From Tolypothrix sp. PCC 7712 (GTDB taxonomy: Bacteria > Cyanobacteriota > Cyanobacteriia > Cyanobacteriales > Nostocaceae): a stretch of DNA of 32,000 nucleotides. Position 1 is the first letter of the stretch, and the number at the start of each line of letters is the position of its first letter. Made by a program: the position numbers and the translations under genes. The DNA lies in assembly GCF_025860405.1 (NCBI RefSeq), contig NZ_CP063785.1:4929390-4961389 (forward strand). Reading direction: 5' to 3'. Under the pieces are notes generated by a model. That model was not told where the DNA came from. It searched no databases and was given only the letters and a program-made list of their open reading frames with translations. This document shows, one piece after another, positions 1-10,317 of this stretch.

Positions 1-720
1 CCGTAAAGCAGCGGGAACTAGTTTACCTATAGGCGCAAAAATAATTGCCGCATCTAAAGGTTCTGGGGGTAATTCCTCTGAGCCTCCAGCCCAAACTGCA
101 CCTAATTGACGGGCGAATTCTTGCCCTTCGATATCACCACCACGAGTAAAGGCAAATACTTGACGCTGTTGATAGCGGGCTAGTTGAATCAATATATGGG
201 CGGCTGAACCAAAGCCATAAAAGCCAATTTTTTCTGCATCGCCAGTCATGCGATAAGCACGATAACCAATTAAGCCGCCACATAACAAAGGTGCAGCTTG
301 CAAGTCAGGGAAACTGGGGTCTAGAGGAAAGCAGAAGCGATGGTCAGCAACAGTGTAATCTGCATAACCACCGTCAATATTGTAACCTGTGAATTCAGCA
401 TAATCGCAGAGATTTTCACGATGGGAAAGGCAATATCGACAGCGATCGCAAGTGTGACCTAACCAAGGAACACCAACCCGCTGACCAATAGTAAATTGCT
501 CAACGCGATCGCCTTTTGCCTCTATAGTACCGACTATTTGATGCCCAGGTATTAACGGTAATTTGGGGTGAGTCAATTCTCCATCAACTATGTGCAAGTC
601 TGTGCGACAAACAGCACAAGCGTGGATGCGAATTAATACTTGCTCGGGATTGGGTTTCGGCATTGGTAAGTCTGCTAATCGCAGGGGTTGGCGTGGTGCC
701 TCTAGTATCATTGCACGCAT
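1..720 (-). CDS. zinc-dependent alcohol dehydrogenase (MDR family); the C-terminus runs off the window
   Basis: My own minus-strand translation from the ATG at 718-720 gives MRAMILEAPRQPLRLADLPMPKPNPEQVLIRIHACAVCRTDLHIVDGEL..PGHQIVG..CDRCRYCLSHRENLC..GFGSAAH. The catalytic-Zn ligands and the structural four-Cys loop are present. The frame stays open to position 1. It is absent from the ORF track because it is truncated. Confidence 0.85.
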   Translation of the reverse strand, partial: MRAMILEAPRQPLRLADLPMPKPNPEQVLIRIHACAVCRTDLHIVDGELTHPKLPLIPGHQIVGTIEAKGDRVEQFTIGQRVGVPWLGHTCDRCRYCLSHRENLCDYAEFTGYNIDGGYADYTVADHRFCFPLDPSFPDLQAAPLLCGGLIGYRAYRMTGDAEKIGFYGFGSAAHILIQLARYQQRQVFAFTRGGDIEGQEFARQLGAVWAGGSEELPPEPLDAAIIFAPIGKLVPAALR

Positions 721-789
721 AATTAATGAAGAAAAGTTTTCTACTTTTATTTTCTGTCTAGAGGAGTCCTGAGTCCTGAGCCAAAAGTT

Positions 790-817
790 GTAGAGACGCG
801 ATTAATCGCGTCTCTAC
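790..817. repeat. 28-bp perfect palindrome GTAGAGACGCGATTAATCGCGTCTCTAC; a dispersed hairpin repeat and likely terminator of the hydrolase gene
   Basis: The sequence is its own reverse complement. It lies 51 bp past the stop of the 868..1818 gene. Related copies occur at 23501-23525 and, truncated, around 12073-12088. A GAGTCCT heptamer run precedes it (763-779). Confidence 0.7.
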
Positions 818-867
818 TCAAAAGTTAAAAGTTCTTCCCCTTGTCCCCAGCAGTCTCAATGTGCAAA

Positions 868-1818
868 TTAAATGCTTAAAAGCTGAGTATTTCCTAACAC
901 CCAATCTCGTAAAAGAGAGTTAACTTGGTCTGGTATTTCATCATGAGGACAATGACCCGCAGATAGAAAATGTTCTTGTAGTTGTGGGTAATATTGGCGA
1001 AACTTTTGAGAACGTTCTCTAGCATTCATCCAAGGATCGGCTTCTCCCCACAACAACAATAAAGGACAAGTTAATTGTTTTAGCAATACATCAACTTTTT
1101 CTCCTTGGGGAGTACTAAAAACTGACACAAACACATCCAATGCACCAGTATCGTAAGCTGGTCGATAAATTTCTTCTATTAACTGGTCTGTGATTGCAGT
1201 TTTATCTAAATAAACTTTCTCTAGGGTTTGGCGAATTACCCAACGTTGGCGCACATATTGAAATAATAAAAACTGGGCTAAAGGTTGCTGAAACATCCAC
1301 TTCACACCATCCCCTAGCAACTTTTGCAATCCTGATTCTTGTTTGGGAGGCTGAATTTGTGATTGCAAAGCTTCCGGTTCAGATGTTGGTTTTTCGATGC
1401 TAAAGGGGCCTGCACTGTTGAGTAAAACTACACCAGCTGCACTATCGGGGTATTGTGCTGCAACGCACAAAGAAGCATAACCACCTAGGGAGTTTCCTAC
1501 TAAAACTGCTTTTTGACCAATGATTTCATTAATAAAATCGTGCAGTTGGTCGCGCCACAAGTCGCCACTATAATCTAGCTTCGGCTTGGCTGAACGTCCG
1601 AATCCTAATAAATCGATCGCAAAAACTTGAAAATCTTGGCACAGTCCTGTGATATTTTTGCGCCAGTGGTCTGTAGAAGCACCAAACCCATGTACTAATA
1701 ATAAGGGTGGACGTTGCGCTTGTTGCTCTCCGGCTCGTACATAGTAAACTTTATGCCCGCGCCATTGCCAGTATTGGCCAGGTATAGGAGTGGTAGAAGG
1801 CGCTGTTGTTACCTGCAT
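868..1818 (-). CDS. alpha/beta-fold hydrolase
   Basis: 316-aa ORF with the oxyanion motif HGFGAS, the nucleophile elbow GNSLGG and a C-terminal catalytic His (GHCPHDE). Confidence 0.85.
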   Translation of the reverse strand: MQVTTAPSTTPIPGQYWQWRGHKVYYVRAGEQQAQRPPLLLVHGFGASTDHWRKNITGLCQDFQVFAIDLLGFGRSAKPKLDYSGDLWRDQLHDFINEIIGQKAVLVGNSLGGYASLCVAAQYPDSAAGVVLLNSAGPFSIEKPTSEPEALQSQIQPPKQESGLQKLLGDGVKWMFQQPLAQFLLFQYVRQRWVIRQTLEKVYLDKTAITDQLIEEIYRPAYDTGALDVFVSVFSTPQGEKVDVLLKQLTCPLLLLWGEADPWMNARERSQKFRQYYPQLQEHFLSAGHCPHDEIPDQVNSLLRDWVLGNTQLLSI

Positions 1819-2019
1819 GATTTAAAGAAATGTGAAGTAGCTGTTAATAATTGTAATGCAGTATTTTCCGGTGCTGAGTTTTGAGTGCTGACTAAAAAAT
1901 ACAAGTCTCTTAGGACTTATATTTGATATGTAGTGTGTGTAGTAACGCAACGCACCGATGCACTATCAACAATTCAAAGTCCTGTACCCTCAGCGATAAC
2001 ATATATTACTGAGCTAACT

Positions 2020-2145
2020 CAATACTTGTCGGTTAAGGGCAAAAGGGGAAGGAGAAAAGGGGCAAGAAAAAACCTTTAACCCTTACCCTTTCACCTTTTC
2101 CCCAAACCAAATTAAGAGTTGAAAATCCTTAACCGAGCAGTATTG
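2020..2145 (+). mobile_element. 126-bp MITE, copy 1
   Basis: The imperfect 19-bp terminal inverted repeats are CAATACTTGTCGGTTAAGG and CCTTAACCGAGCAGTATTG. It is flanked by the perfect 10-bp direct repeat TGAGCTAACT (2010-2019 and 2146-2155). Three more copies are in the window. Confidence 0.8.
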
Positions 2146-2202
2146 TGAGCTAACTACTTCCCCTGTTTCCAAAGCGATAGGGTATTTTTTCATTGGAAGT
2201 CA

Positions 2203-2589
2203 CTAAAGACGACCAACATAGGTGTATCCCCATTGATCGTTGTCATCTCCGCGATTAAAAATTGCTGCGACTTTAGCTGACAATTCTCCCAAACTAAAAG
2301 GCTTGTTTAAGTAGCCATCAGCATTTCCCAGTGGCTCCAAATTCCTAGTCAACATGAGTACAAATACATCGCTATTGCGGTGCATTTCGTCACAGAGTTC
2401 ATAACTATCCAAATCTGGTAAAGTTATGTCTAAAATCACCAGATATGGCTTAAAGCTCTCGAATAGAACTTGTGCTGTCTTACCATCTGCTGCTGCTTCC
2501 ACTTCATAGTTCAGCTTAGTTAAAAAGCGTTGAACTAAATTCCGAACTGCTAGGTCATCATCAACTACAAGTATTTTGCCAGAAGTCAT
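2203..2589 (-). CDS. single-domain response regulator (CheY-like receiver)
   Basis: 128 aa with the acidic pocket VVDDD, the phospho-acceptor context VILDITLPDLD, and a conserved Thr (MLTRN) and Lys (YLNKPF). Confidence 0.85.
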   Translation of the reverse strand: MTSGKILVVDDDLAVRNLVQRFLTKLNYEVEAAADGKTAQVLFESFKPYLVILDITLPDLDSYELCDEMHRNSDVFVLMLTRNLEPLGNADGYLNKPFSLGELSAKVAAIFNRGDDNDQWGYTYVGRL

Positions 2590-2878
2590 ATTTAAGGGTT
2601 CAGAAAATTAGTAATGCAAAAACTGTATCAATTGAGTAGGGTGTGAAAAATACAAGTACGGTTATGAATTATACAAATTAAAACAATGTTTATACCAATT
2701 CAAAATTAAGAATCCAGACAGGACAAGATTTTGGGTTTGTATATCTGCCACATTCTTTTTTTTAATTGGTATTAAAATCTAAACTACATCCGTTAGCTTA
2801 GTAGCTGCTCTTTCTCACGATACAAGACAAGCAAGGCAAAATCGGGCAATTTATAAAGTAGTGCAAATATCTTAAATT

Positions 2879-3292
2879 ATGGACGCAGCTAAACGCCTTG
2901 CTACTCTTAACCGCATCCGCAAACTCAGTCGCCTCATGGACACATCTATACGCATTCCGGGAATTGGATTTCGTATTGGTATAGACCCAATTATTGGACT
3001 AGTTCCCGGTGCTGGTGATTTAATTAGTACAGCGTTTTCTGCGTACATTATCTTTTTAGCTACAAGATTTGGTATACCACGCCAAGACTTAGCGAAAATG
3101 ATTTTCAATGTGGGTTTGGAAGCAGTTGTTGGTACTGTGCCTTTAGTAGGTGATTTATTTGACGCTTTTTACAAATCTAATATTCGCAATTTGGACATTT
3201 TAGAGCAACACCTGAGCGTGGTTGAACCAGAAATTACAGAAGCGCCTGTTTATGCAGCAGCTAGGGATGAGGCACTAGAAGCGAGAGGCTAG
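2879..3292 (+). CDS. DUF4112-family small membrane protein
   Basis: 137 aa containing IDPIIGLVPGAGDLISTAFSAYII and VPLVGDLFDAFYKSN, the duplicated Gly-Asp motifs I associate with DUF4112. Confidence 0.7.
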   Translation: MDAAKRLATLNRIRKLSRLMDTSIRIPGIGFRIGIDPIIGLVPGAGDLISTAFSAYIIFLATRFGIPRQDLAKMIFNVGLEAVVGTVPLVGDLFDAFYKSNIRNLDILEQHLSVVEPEITEAPVYAAARDEALEARG

Positions 3293-3544
3293 AGATGAGG
3301 ATGTGTTTTCAAACCCCATAAATGAAAAATCTGGTAGCGCGCATCTCATAGGTTATTAGTGGACAAAAGTTTCGTATTAAGAATTACAAATTACGCATTA
3401 TATTGTTGCTTTTGGACACATTTAAAACTGGCTGAAGCGAACTCCTGATGTGAAAACAATCACAGTAGTATGAAATACAAGGTTTGGAACAACATCTAGT
3501 CCTAACTCCAGCCTCTACTTAAAAAGCTGAATCCAAATATTCAA

Positions 3545-3583
3545 AACAACCTCACACATTTATGGGGTTGTTCTTTATTATTT
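3545..3583 (+). terminator. possible rho-independent terminator
   Basis: The stem AACAACC (3545-3551) / GGTTGTT (3566-3572) is followed by CTTTATTATTT. It sits about 250 bp downstream of the DUF4112 stop, so it could close a long 3' UTR or a small RNA. Confidence 0.35.
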
Positions 3584-3646
3584 ATGAGGTTGTTATTCTT
3601 TTAAAAAAGGGAAAAGGGGAAAAAGACACATCAATGATATTCTAGA

Positions 3647-3740
3647 GGGCACGGCATCCAAAATTTTTTGGCAGATCCAATATCTTACTGGTGCCGTGCC
3701 CCTACAAAGAATTTATCTGTCGCAAATGTTATTTGAATTG
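3647..3740. repeat. dispersed hairpin repeat (GGGCACGGCA...TGCCGTGCCCCTAC family), copy A
   Basis: The core GGGCACGGCATCCA-N-ATCTTACTGGTGCCGTGCCCCTACAAAGAATTTATCTGTCGCAAATGTTATTTGAATT is near-identical to 31392-31485. Partial relatives lie at about 9673-9700, 10815-10845 and 31310-31350. Confidence 0.7.
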
Positions 3741-3766
3741 GTATCAGAACTCGGAACTCAGCACTT

Positions 3767-4999
3767 TCAAGCAGTGACTAATCTGGTATTTTGCAGTGGC
3801 ATTTTGACATCGGTATCTTGGTAAATTTCTGCATTTAGGGGTCTATAGATTAATTCATACCAAGCATGACCGACTTGTGCATCAAATCCTTGTGGTTGAC
3901 CGCGCATAAATAGATGTAGGCATTTTACAGATTTACCTGGTAGCAACTGCCAAGAAAAACGGCTTGTATTTTCTTCGTATGGGTGTGCGATCGCTTCTAT
4001 ATGTAAATTAGTTGCTAAACCGTAAGCTGCATAAGGGTCTGTTGTGGAACCAACAGCAAACCAATCGGGTACAGGGAAGACTTGCTCTATGTCTTGTGTT
4101 TGACCAAGATTCATGTGTGCAAAATATTCTACACCAAAGTCAAGATTGACTGTTTCTGAACCTTTTACCCTGTCTTCTTGGGCTTTGGGTTTTCCTTTAA
4201 TAAATAATTCTTCAATCAAATAATCTGCACCAGCATATAAACTAATTACCCGATAAAGTTCACAGACTAAATGGCGATTTTGACCTGTTACTGGATCTGG
4301 CCCCATATAGTCGAAGGGTTCGGAAGCAATGGTAATAGTTGCACGTACAGGGCCGCTAGATTGAGATACCAGTCGATAGGAATGATTGAACAAAGAGACT
4401 TGATAATTAGGAGATTTGGGAGAAGCAATTCCTGGTAAATGGAGTTTACTTACCTGCATACAGCGCTTTTCTGGATCTTGTCCCAACCATTCACCCATTG
4501 CGGCGCGAAATGGATCGAGAATTTCTTGATGATCTAACTGGACGCTGCTGGCTGAACCAGAAAACCAGTTGCGTTCGTTGTCTTCAGGTGCGGGGATGAA
4601 ATTAAACCAAATAATCAGACGGTTATTCACAAATCTGACTCCCCGTTCTCGCCCATCACCACCGTAAACTACTTCTAAGTATGGTTCACCTAGTCCAGGT
4701 GGTATGGGTTTACCTCTATCTAAACGAATGAAGGTTGAAGCTAAGACATGATCTTCCGTTCCTGGGGGAATGGGTTGAGATAGATGAAAAACTAAGGTGT
4801 CACGGGAAGGATCTTCTGGATCAATGCGGTCGATTTGGGCTTTGAGAGGTTGATGTGTTAAGTCGCGGAGGTCGGTTAATACGAGTTCTGTGGGCGAAAT
4901 TTGAAATTTTTGGGCGATCGCTTGCCAGGGTATAGTAAAGTTACCGCTACGCCAATAATTTGAGGGATTAAAAACAGTTAATAAATTCAGGGATGGCAT
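3767..4999 (-). CDS. hypothetical protein (410 aa), no family recognised
   Basis: Long uninterrupted ORF with an ATG start and cyanobacterial codon usage. I could not identify any motif. Confidence 0.6.
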   Translation of the reverse strand: MPSLNLLTVFNPSNYWRSGNFTIPWQAIAQKFQISPTELVLTDLRDLTHQPLKAQIDRIDPEDPSRDTLVFHLSQPIPPGTEDHVLASTFIRLDRGKPIPPGLGEPYLEVVYGGDGRERGVRFVNNRLIIWFNFIPAPEDNERNWFSGSASSVQLDHQEILDPFRAAMGEWLGQDPEKRCMQVSKLHLPGIASPKSPNYQVSLFNHSYRLVSQSSGPVRATITIASEPFDYMGPDPVTGQNRHLVCELYRVISLYAGADYLIEELFIKGKPKAQEDRVKGSETVNLDFGVEYFAHMNLGQTQDIEQVFPVPDWFAVGSTTDPYAAYGLATNLHIEAIAHPYEENTSRFSWQLLPGKSVKCLHLFMRGQPQGFDAQVGHAWYELIYRPLNAEIYQDTDVKMPLQNTRLVTA

Positions 5000-5155
5000 G
5001 AGTTTGCCCTCCTAGGAGTTTTATATATTTTTGACCCTAGGAGAAAAAGTTGAGGAACTCGTGAGGAATGGCCAGAATAGACAATTTTTGTGATTAAGTA
5101 AGAGGAAAGTAACTTACAGTACTAACAAAACAACCTATGAGGTTGTCGCTGTTCT

Positions 5156-5545
5156 ATGACTCAAACTGATTCTCAACAGCCCATTAAGACTGCGGCTAAG
5201 ATTCTAGAACTTTACGCAGCGGGAAAACGGAACTTTACTAAGGCGGAACTGGGTAAGGCTAATTTACAGGGGGTTGACATCAAAGGTGTTGACCTCAGCT
5301 ATGCCGATTTAAATCATGCTAATCTCAGCGGTGCAAATCTTCGAGGTAGCGACTTGAGTTTTGCAGATTTGAGTCGCGCTAATCTCCAAGATACCGACCT
5401 GCGGGGTGCTTTGTTATTTTCAGCTAATCTCCGCCAAGCTAATTTAACAGGTGCAAAGTTAGATAAAGCCGATTGCGATCGCAATACTCATTTCCCCAAA
5501 GATTTTGACCCAGTTCAAGCAGGTGTGCAAATTAAGGAGGGATAA
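5156..5545 (+). CDS. pentapeptide-repeat protein
   Basis: 129 aa with consecutive A(D/N)Lxx pentads: ANLQGVDIKGVDLSYADLNHANLSGANLRGSDLSFADLSRANLQDTDLRGA... Confidence 0.9.
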   Translation: MTQTDSQQPIKTAAKILELYAAGKRNFTKAELGKANLQGVDIKGVDLSYADLNHANLSGANLRGSDLSFADLSRANLQDTDLRGALLFSANLRQANLTGAKLDKADCDRNTHFPKDFDPVQAGVQIKEG

Positions 5546-5572
5546 GAAATACTCGCTTCGAGGAGTAAGTAA

Positions 5573-5622
5573 GTTAACTGTTGACTGTTAACTGTTAACC
5601 GTCAGCAGTCAACAGTCAACAC
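5573..5622. terminator. inverted STRR heptamer block (TTGACTG/TTAACTG facing CAGTCAA); probable bidirectional terminator
   Basis: GTTAACTGTTGACTGTTAACTGTTAACCGTCAGCAGTCAACAGTCAACAC forms an imperfect long hairpin. It sits between the convergent stops at 5545 and 5633. Confidence 0.55.
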
Positions 5623-5632
5623 TATTTAAACT

Positions 5633-6649
5633 TTAAGGACATTCAGTATTTGTACATTGGCGTTGGCAAAGTAGCAAGCCAAACCATGCTTGCGGATCAG
5701 TCCATACTTGTAACGCTTGAAATGCATGGTTTTCTAAAACCGAAATTAATGTGGGGATGTGGAATTTTCGGGAGATTTCGGTGCGGATTGTTTCTCCTGC
5801 TTGTAAGGAAATTTCTAAATCTAAAGCTTCTAGGAAAACGGTTTGATTAACCAAACTCCGCAGATGCATTTCAATTTGATTGCTTTCTTGATTATAAAAA
5901 GCCCAGTGAGCAAAATTGTTGAGTGAGAAATTACCCTGAAATCTTTGATTGATGTGGTTGAGGATATTCAGATTAAAAGCAGCAGTTACTCCTTGAGAAT
6001 CGTTGTAAGCTGCTTCGATAATTTCTACCGACTTTTGTAAATCTACACCCAATAAAAAGAATTCACCGGGTTTTAATGCTTGTTGCACTTGGGTGAAAAA
6101 TTTGTGAGTTTGTTTGTCATTTAAATTGCCTAAAGTACTTCCTAAGAAAATCAACATCCGATTTTCTAATTCTGCTGAGGGAAGTTCGGCTAAGGCTTGT
6201 TCGTAAGTTCCAGCTAAACCGCAAAGTTTTAATTTGGGGTATTGTTCAAGCAAATCTAAAGCAGTTGTTTTGAGGATACCGCTACTAACATCTATGGGGT
6301 AATATTGTAGTTCTTGAACTACCTCACTATATGCTTCGAGTAACAGGCGAGTTTTGCGAGAACTACCACTACCTAATTCTATTAAATGACAAGAGCCTGT
6401 CATCTTAGCAATTTCAGCAGCGTATGTTTCTAAAATTGCTTGCTCGGTGCGAGTGGGATAGTATTCTCTTAGGTCACAAATCTGCTCAAATAGTTCCGAA
6501 CCCCGATCATCATAGAAGTAACGACAAGGCAAAGTTTTGGGATTTTGAGTCAATCCCGCCATAATATCTGCACCTTCATCGACTGATGCGATCGCTGAAT
6601 TTAAATTAATCCAACGCAGGCGTGAATGCTCTTTATTTTCCGTCTTCAA
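5633..6649 (-). CDS. egtD: EgtD-like SAM-dependent histidine N-alpha-methyltransferase
   Basis: 338 aa. The N-terminal block GLTQNPKTLPCRYFYDDRGSELFEQICDLREYYPTRTEQAIL and the SAM loop IELGSGSSRKTRLLL match the EgtD family pattern as I remember it. Confidence 0.75.
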   Translation of the reverse strand: MKTENKEHSRLRWINLNSAIASVDEGADIMAGLTQNPKTLPCRYFYDDRGSELFEQICDLREYYPTRTEQAILETYAAEIAKMTGSCHLIELGSGSSRKTRLLLEAYSEVVQELQYYPIDVSSGILKTTALDLLEQYPKLKLCGLAGTYEQALAELPSAELENRMLIFLGSTLGNLNDKQTHKFFTQVQQALKPGEFFLLGVDLQKSVEIIEAAYNDSQGVTAAFNLNILNHINQRFQGNFSLNNFAHWAFYNQESNQIEMHLRSLVNQTVFLEALDLEISLQAGETIRTEISRKFHIPTLISVLENHAFQALQVWTDPQAWFGLLLCQRQCTNTECP

Positions 6650-6750
6650 TTTTCTGCTCTCCTGGGGTTTAAGTGAAGGATAAAGTCTGAATGTTCAAGA
6701 ATTAAATAAGTAATTTTATATTTATCCTTGATACTTCAGACTTCAGCTTT

Positions 6751-9459
6751 TTATACTAAAGCTATTTCTTGACCTTTTTTATCTATCTCAGGTTGCTGAT
6801 TTTGGGCTTCATATTCACCAAATTGCTGTATGAGTTTGGCTACTAAACCTGTCCATCCTGTTTGATGACTTGCACCGATTCCTGCGCCGTTATCACCATG
6901 AAAATACTCGTAAAACAAAATTAAATCGCGCCAATGTGGATCGGTTTGGAATTTTTGTGTATTACCATAAACAGGTCGTTGTGCAGCAGAATTTTGCAAG
7001 AAAATTCGGATTAATCTTTGAGAGAGTTCCGAGGCAACTTCCCAAAGCGTCATCATTTTACCAGAACCTGTAGGGCATTCCAATTGGAAATCGTTCCCCA
7101 AATAATGATGAAATTTTTGCAGTGATTCTATGAGCAGAAAATTCACTGGGAACCAAACAGGGCCACGCCAGTTGGAATTACCACCAAATAAGCCACTGCT
7201 GGATTCTGCGGGTTCATAATCTACGCGAAATTGGCTGCTATCAACATCAAAAATGTAGGGATGTTGGCTATGAAATTTAGAAAGGGCGCGAATACCGTGG
7301 GGGCTAAAAAACTCGTTTTCATCGAGCATTTTTTGCAGTATACTTTTGAGTTTGTCCCGCGAGACAATTGCGAGTAATCTTCTTGCACCTATGCCTTTAG
7401 TTTCCATACAGGCGACATTTTGCCGTAAGTCTGGGCGATTTTTAATGAACCATTCCAAGCGACTTTTAAAGCCGGGGAGCAGATTAATAGTTTCTGGTTC
7501 CAGAGTTTCAATAGCAAACAGGGGAATTAGCCCTACCATTGAGCGAACTTTTAAGGTAATTTGTTTTTCTGCTAAATGTAGTACATCGTAGTAAAAGCCA
7601 TCTTGCTCATTCCACAAACTAGCTTCCAGTTCGCCAATTTTATTCATCGCATCGGCGATGTAGAGGAAATGTTCAAAGAATTTAGTGGCGATGTCTTCAT
7701 ATACAGGATTAGTTGTTGCTAACTCTAGGGCGATCGCCAACATATTTAAGCAATACATCCCCATCCAACTAGTACCATCAGATTGGTCAATATGTCCGCC
7801 TGTAGGTAAAGTAGCGCTACGGTCAAATACTCCTATATTATCTAACCCTAAAAATCCCCCTTGAAAGACATTATTACCTTCAGCATCTTTGCGATTTACC
7901 CACCATGTAAAATTCAGCATCAATTTCTGAAATACTCTTTCTAGAAATTGGCGATCGCCCTTACCATATATTTTTTGTTCTATCTTATAAATTCGCCAAG
8001 TTGCCCAAGCATGAACAGGCGGATTAACATCACTAAATTTCCATTCATAAGCCGGAATTTGCCCATTAGGATGCATATACCATTCCCGCGTTAACACATC
8101 TAATTGATATTTGGCAAAATCAGGGTCAATTATTGCCAAAGGAATAGTATGAAAGGCTAAATCCCAAGCTGCAAACCAAGGATATTCCCACTTATCAGGC
8201 ATAGAAAGTATATCTTCATTGTAGAGGTGAAACCATTCATGATTTCTGCCTTCTTGCCTTTCTGGTGGTGGGGGTGGTGTATTGCGATCGCCTTTGAGCC
8301 AATCTTCTAAAATGTAGTGATAAAATTGCTTACTCCACAGCATCCCCGCAAATGCTTGTCTTTGCACATTTCGCATATCTGCACTGAGGGGAAATGGCGT
8401 AATGCGCTGATAAAATGCATCGGCTTCTTGTTTTCTAGCCAAGAAAATAGCATCAAATTCGGAGTTAAATGGCTCAAATAAATTTGGTATATCACTTAAG
8501 CGTAATTTGACAGTTTGGGTTTCCCCTGCACCCACTGTTAGCAGATAATGAGGTGCAGCTTTTGTCCCAAATTGCTCGGGATTTACTGCCTGTTTGTTAC
8601 CTGAGACAATATATTCATTAATGCCATCTTTCACATAGGCAGAGGTATTAGGAGAGCCAAATAATCGCTGATTATTGGTTTCATTTTCTGTAAACAAAAT
8701 TTCGGTTGCTGTTTGACAATACAACCATCTATTATCTAAAGTAGCATGGGAAGCTTCGATAATTTGCCAACTATTAGCGGAGTTTACTTGCTTCAAGTGA
8801 GGTTTATTAGTATCTCCATTCCAAGACCAAGTATTACGAAACCACAGTGTAGGTAAGAGGTGCAATGTTTTAGTTTCGGGGCCTCTGTTAGCTACATGAA
8901 TTTGAATCAGAATATCTTCAGTAGAATTCTTGGCATATTCTACAAAAACATCAAAATAGCGGTTTTCATCAAATATACCTGTATCTAATAGTTCAAATTC
9001 TGGTTGAAGACGATTGCGGTGTTGATTTTCTGTAACTAATTGTGCATAGGGAAAAGCGTTTTGGGGATATTTGTACAACGCCTTCATGTAGGAATGAGTG
9101 GGTGTACTGTCCAAATAAAAGTAATAATCCTTGACATCTTCGCCATGATTACCTTCATTTCCCGTCAAGCCAAAAATTCTTTCCTTGAGAATCGAGTCTT
9201 CACCATTCCAAAGTGCGATCGCAAAACATAGGCGTTGATGATTATCCGAAATCCCAGCAATTCCATCTTCACCCCAACGGTAAGCCCGAGAACGCGCCTG
9301 ATCGTGGGTGAAGTAGTCCCAAGCCGCACCATTATGGCTATAATCTTCTCGTACCGTTCCCCATTGGCGATCGCTTAAATATGGCCCCCACCTGCGCCAA
9401 TGCGCTTCATGATTCCGGGCTGCTGCTAATCTGATTTCTTCCTGGGTTGAAGTTGTCAT
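6751..9459 (-). CDS. GH63-like (MGH1/YMR196W-type) glycoside hydrolase, commonly annotated as 'glucosidase'
   Basis: The N-terminal signature is [48 protein letters not shown], followed by a long (alpha/alpha)6-barrel-like C-terminal half. The track ORF starts at a TTG (9534). I prefer the in-frame ATG at 9457-9459 ([11 protein letters not shown]). Confidence 0.7.
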   Translation of the reverse strand: MTTSTQEEIRLAAARNHEAHWRRWGPYLSDRQWGTVREDYSHNGAAWDYFTHDQARSRAYRWGEDGIAGISDNHQRLCFAIALWNGEDSILKERIFGLTGNEGNHGEDVKDYYFYLDSTPTHSYMKALYKYPQNAFPYAQLVTENQHRNRLQPEFELLDTGIFDENRYFDVFVEYAKNSTEDILIQIHVANRGPETKTLHLLPTLWFRNTWSWNGDTNKPHLKQVNSANSWQIIEASHATLDNRWLYCQTATEILFTENETNNQRLFGSPNTSAYVKDGINEYIVSGNKQAVNPEQFGTKAAPHYLLTVGAGETQTVKLRLSDIPNLFEPFNSEFDAIFLARKQEADAFYQRITPFPLSADMRNVQRQAFAGMLWSKQFYHYILEDWLKGDRNTPPPPPERQEGRNHEWFHLYNEDILSMPDKWEYPWFAAWDLAFHTIPLAIIDPDFAKYQLDVLTREWYMHPNGQIPAYEWKFSDVNPPVHAWATWRIYKIEQKIYGKGDRQFLERVFQKLMLNFTWWVNRKDAEGNNVFQGGFLGLDNIGVFDRSATLPTGGHIDQSDGTSWMGMYCLNMLAIALELATTNPVYEDIATKFFEHFLYIADAMNKIGELEASLWNEQDGFYYDVLHLAEKQITLKVRSMVGLIPLFAIETLEPETINLLPGFKSRLEWFIKNRPDLRQNVACMETKGIGARRLLAIVSRDKLKSILQKMLDENEFFSPHGIRALSKFHSQHPYIFDVDSSQFRVDYEPAESSSGLFGGNSNWRGPVWFPVNFLLIESLQKFHHYLGNDFQLECPTGSGKMMTLWEVASELSQRLIRIFLQNSAAQRPVYGNTQKFQTDPHWRDLILFYEYFHGDNGAGIGASHQTGWTGLVAKLIQQFGEYEAQNQQPEIDKKGQEIALV

Positions 9460-9617
9460 CAGTATCACCCTGTGCCTACCTGCACAATAATTGAGTTCCT
9501 TGATTTGCTGTCTGGAGTATCTTGTACTCACCAAATATCAGGCTGAGTTGCGACTTAAAATATTCTAGAAATTAGCCCAACATAAATACAGCATATACTC
9601 AGGAAAAACTCAGAATT

Positions 9618-9655
9618 ATTGGTAATTGGTAATGGGTAATTGGTAATTAGTAATT
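9618..9655. repeat. STRR heptamer array (GGTAATT variants)
   Basis: TTGGTAATTGGTAATGGGTAATTGGTAATTAGTAATT read directly from the sequence. Confidence 0.8.
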
Positions 9656-9733
9656 TTAAAAACACCCAAATTATGATCAGGGCACGGCAATGCCTGTGCC
9701 CCTATGTACTTCATTGTATGTTATTGTGTTGGC

Positions 9734-9946
9734 TTAAATTGCTAGACAGGCTTTCAAGGAATAACCGAATATTCTAGAAACCTGGCGACGACATATCGGA
9801 CATTTGTTGATATCCGGTTGATCTGGTGTAGCACCGATTGGTTGCCAATAAATTTTACTAGTTCCATTGGCGGTGATTTCGACTTCCATGCGGTAACGAA
9901 TCTTCTTCTTGCAAACCAAGCAGGGCTTTTCACTGTATTGCAGCAT
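9734..9946 (-). CDS. small putative zinc-ribbon protein (70 aa)
   Basis: Two CxxC pairs (CLVCKKK ... CPICRRQ). The ATG at 9944-9946 has AGGA about 11 nt upstream. The track's longer version starts at a TTG. It is short, so coding is uncertain. Confidence 0.4.
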   Translation of the reverse strand: MLQYSEKPCLVCKKKIRYRMEVEITANGTSKIYWQPIGATPDQPDINKCPICRRQVSRIFGYSLKACLAI

Positions 9947-10317
9947 ACTTAAATCCTGTCGTAACAAAACTGAAACTTGATAGCCGTGTCAATACTTCTA
10001 ATTGAAGTCTTTATTTGTCAGCACTTAACAGGAGTAATATGCAGATTTTTAATTATTTTAAAAATTCGATATTCATGTTAATAAATAGTCATTGACAGTG
10101 ATAAAATCTTAACTTTTTATCTTTGCTTTGGTGGCTAAAGTTTGCAAAATGACCTATTTGCTATCTTGTCTATAAGCATTTTTCAGCAAGCCCTACGAGA
10201 AATATCGGAATCCGATTTCATTTCTGAAAAATTTCAGCCACAGATGCGTTACGCGATCGCTAACGCATCCTACGTAATCCTAATTTTAAAAAAGAATACA
10301 ACAGATTTTAGGGGCAG

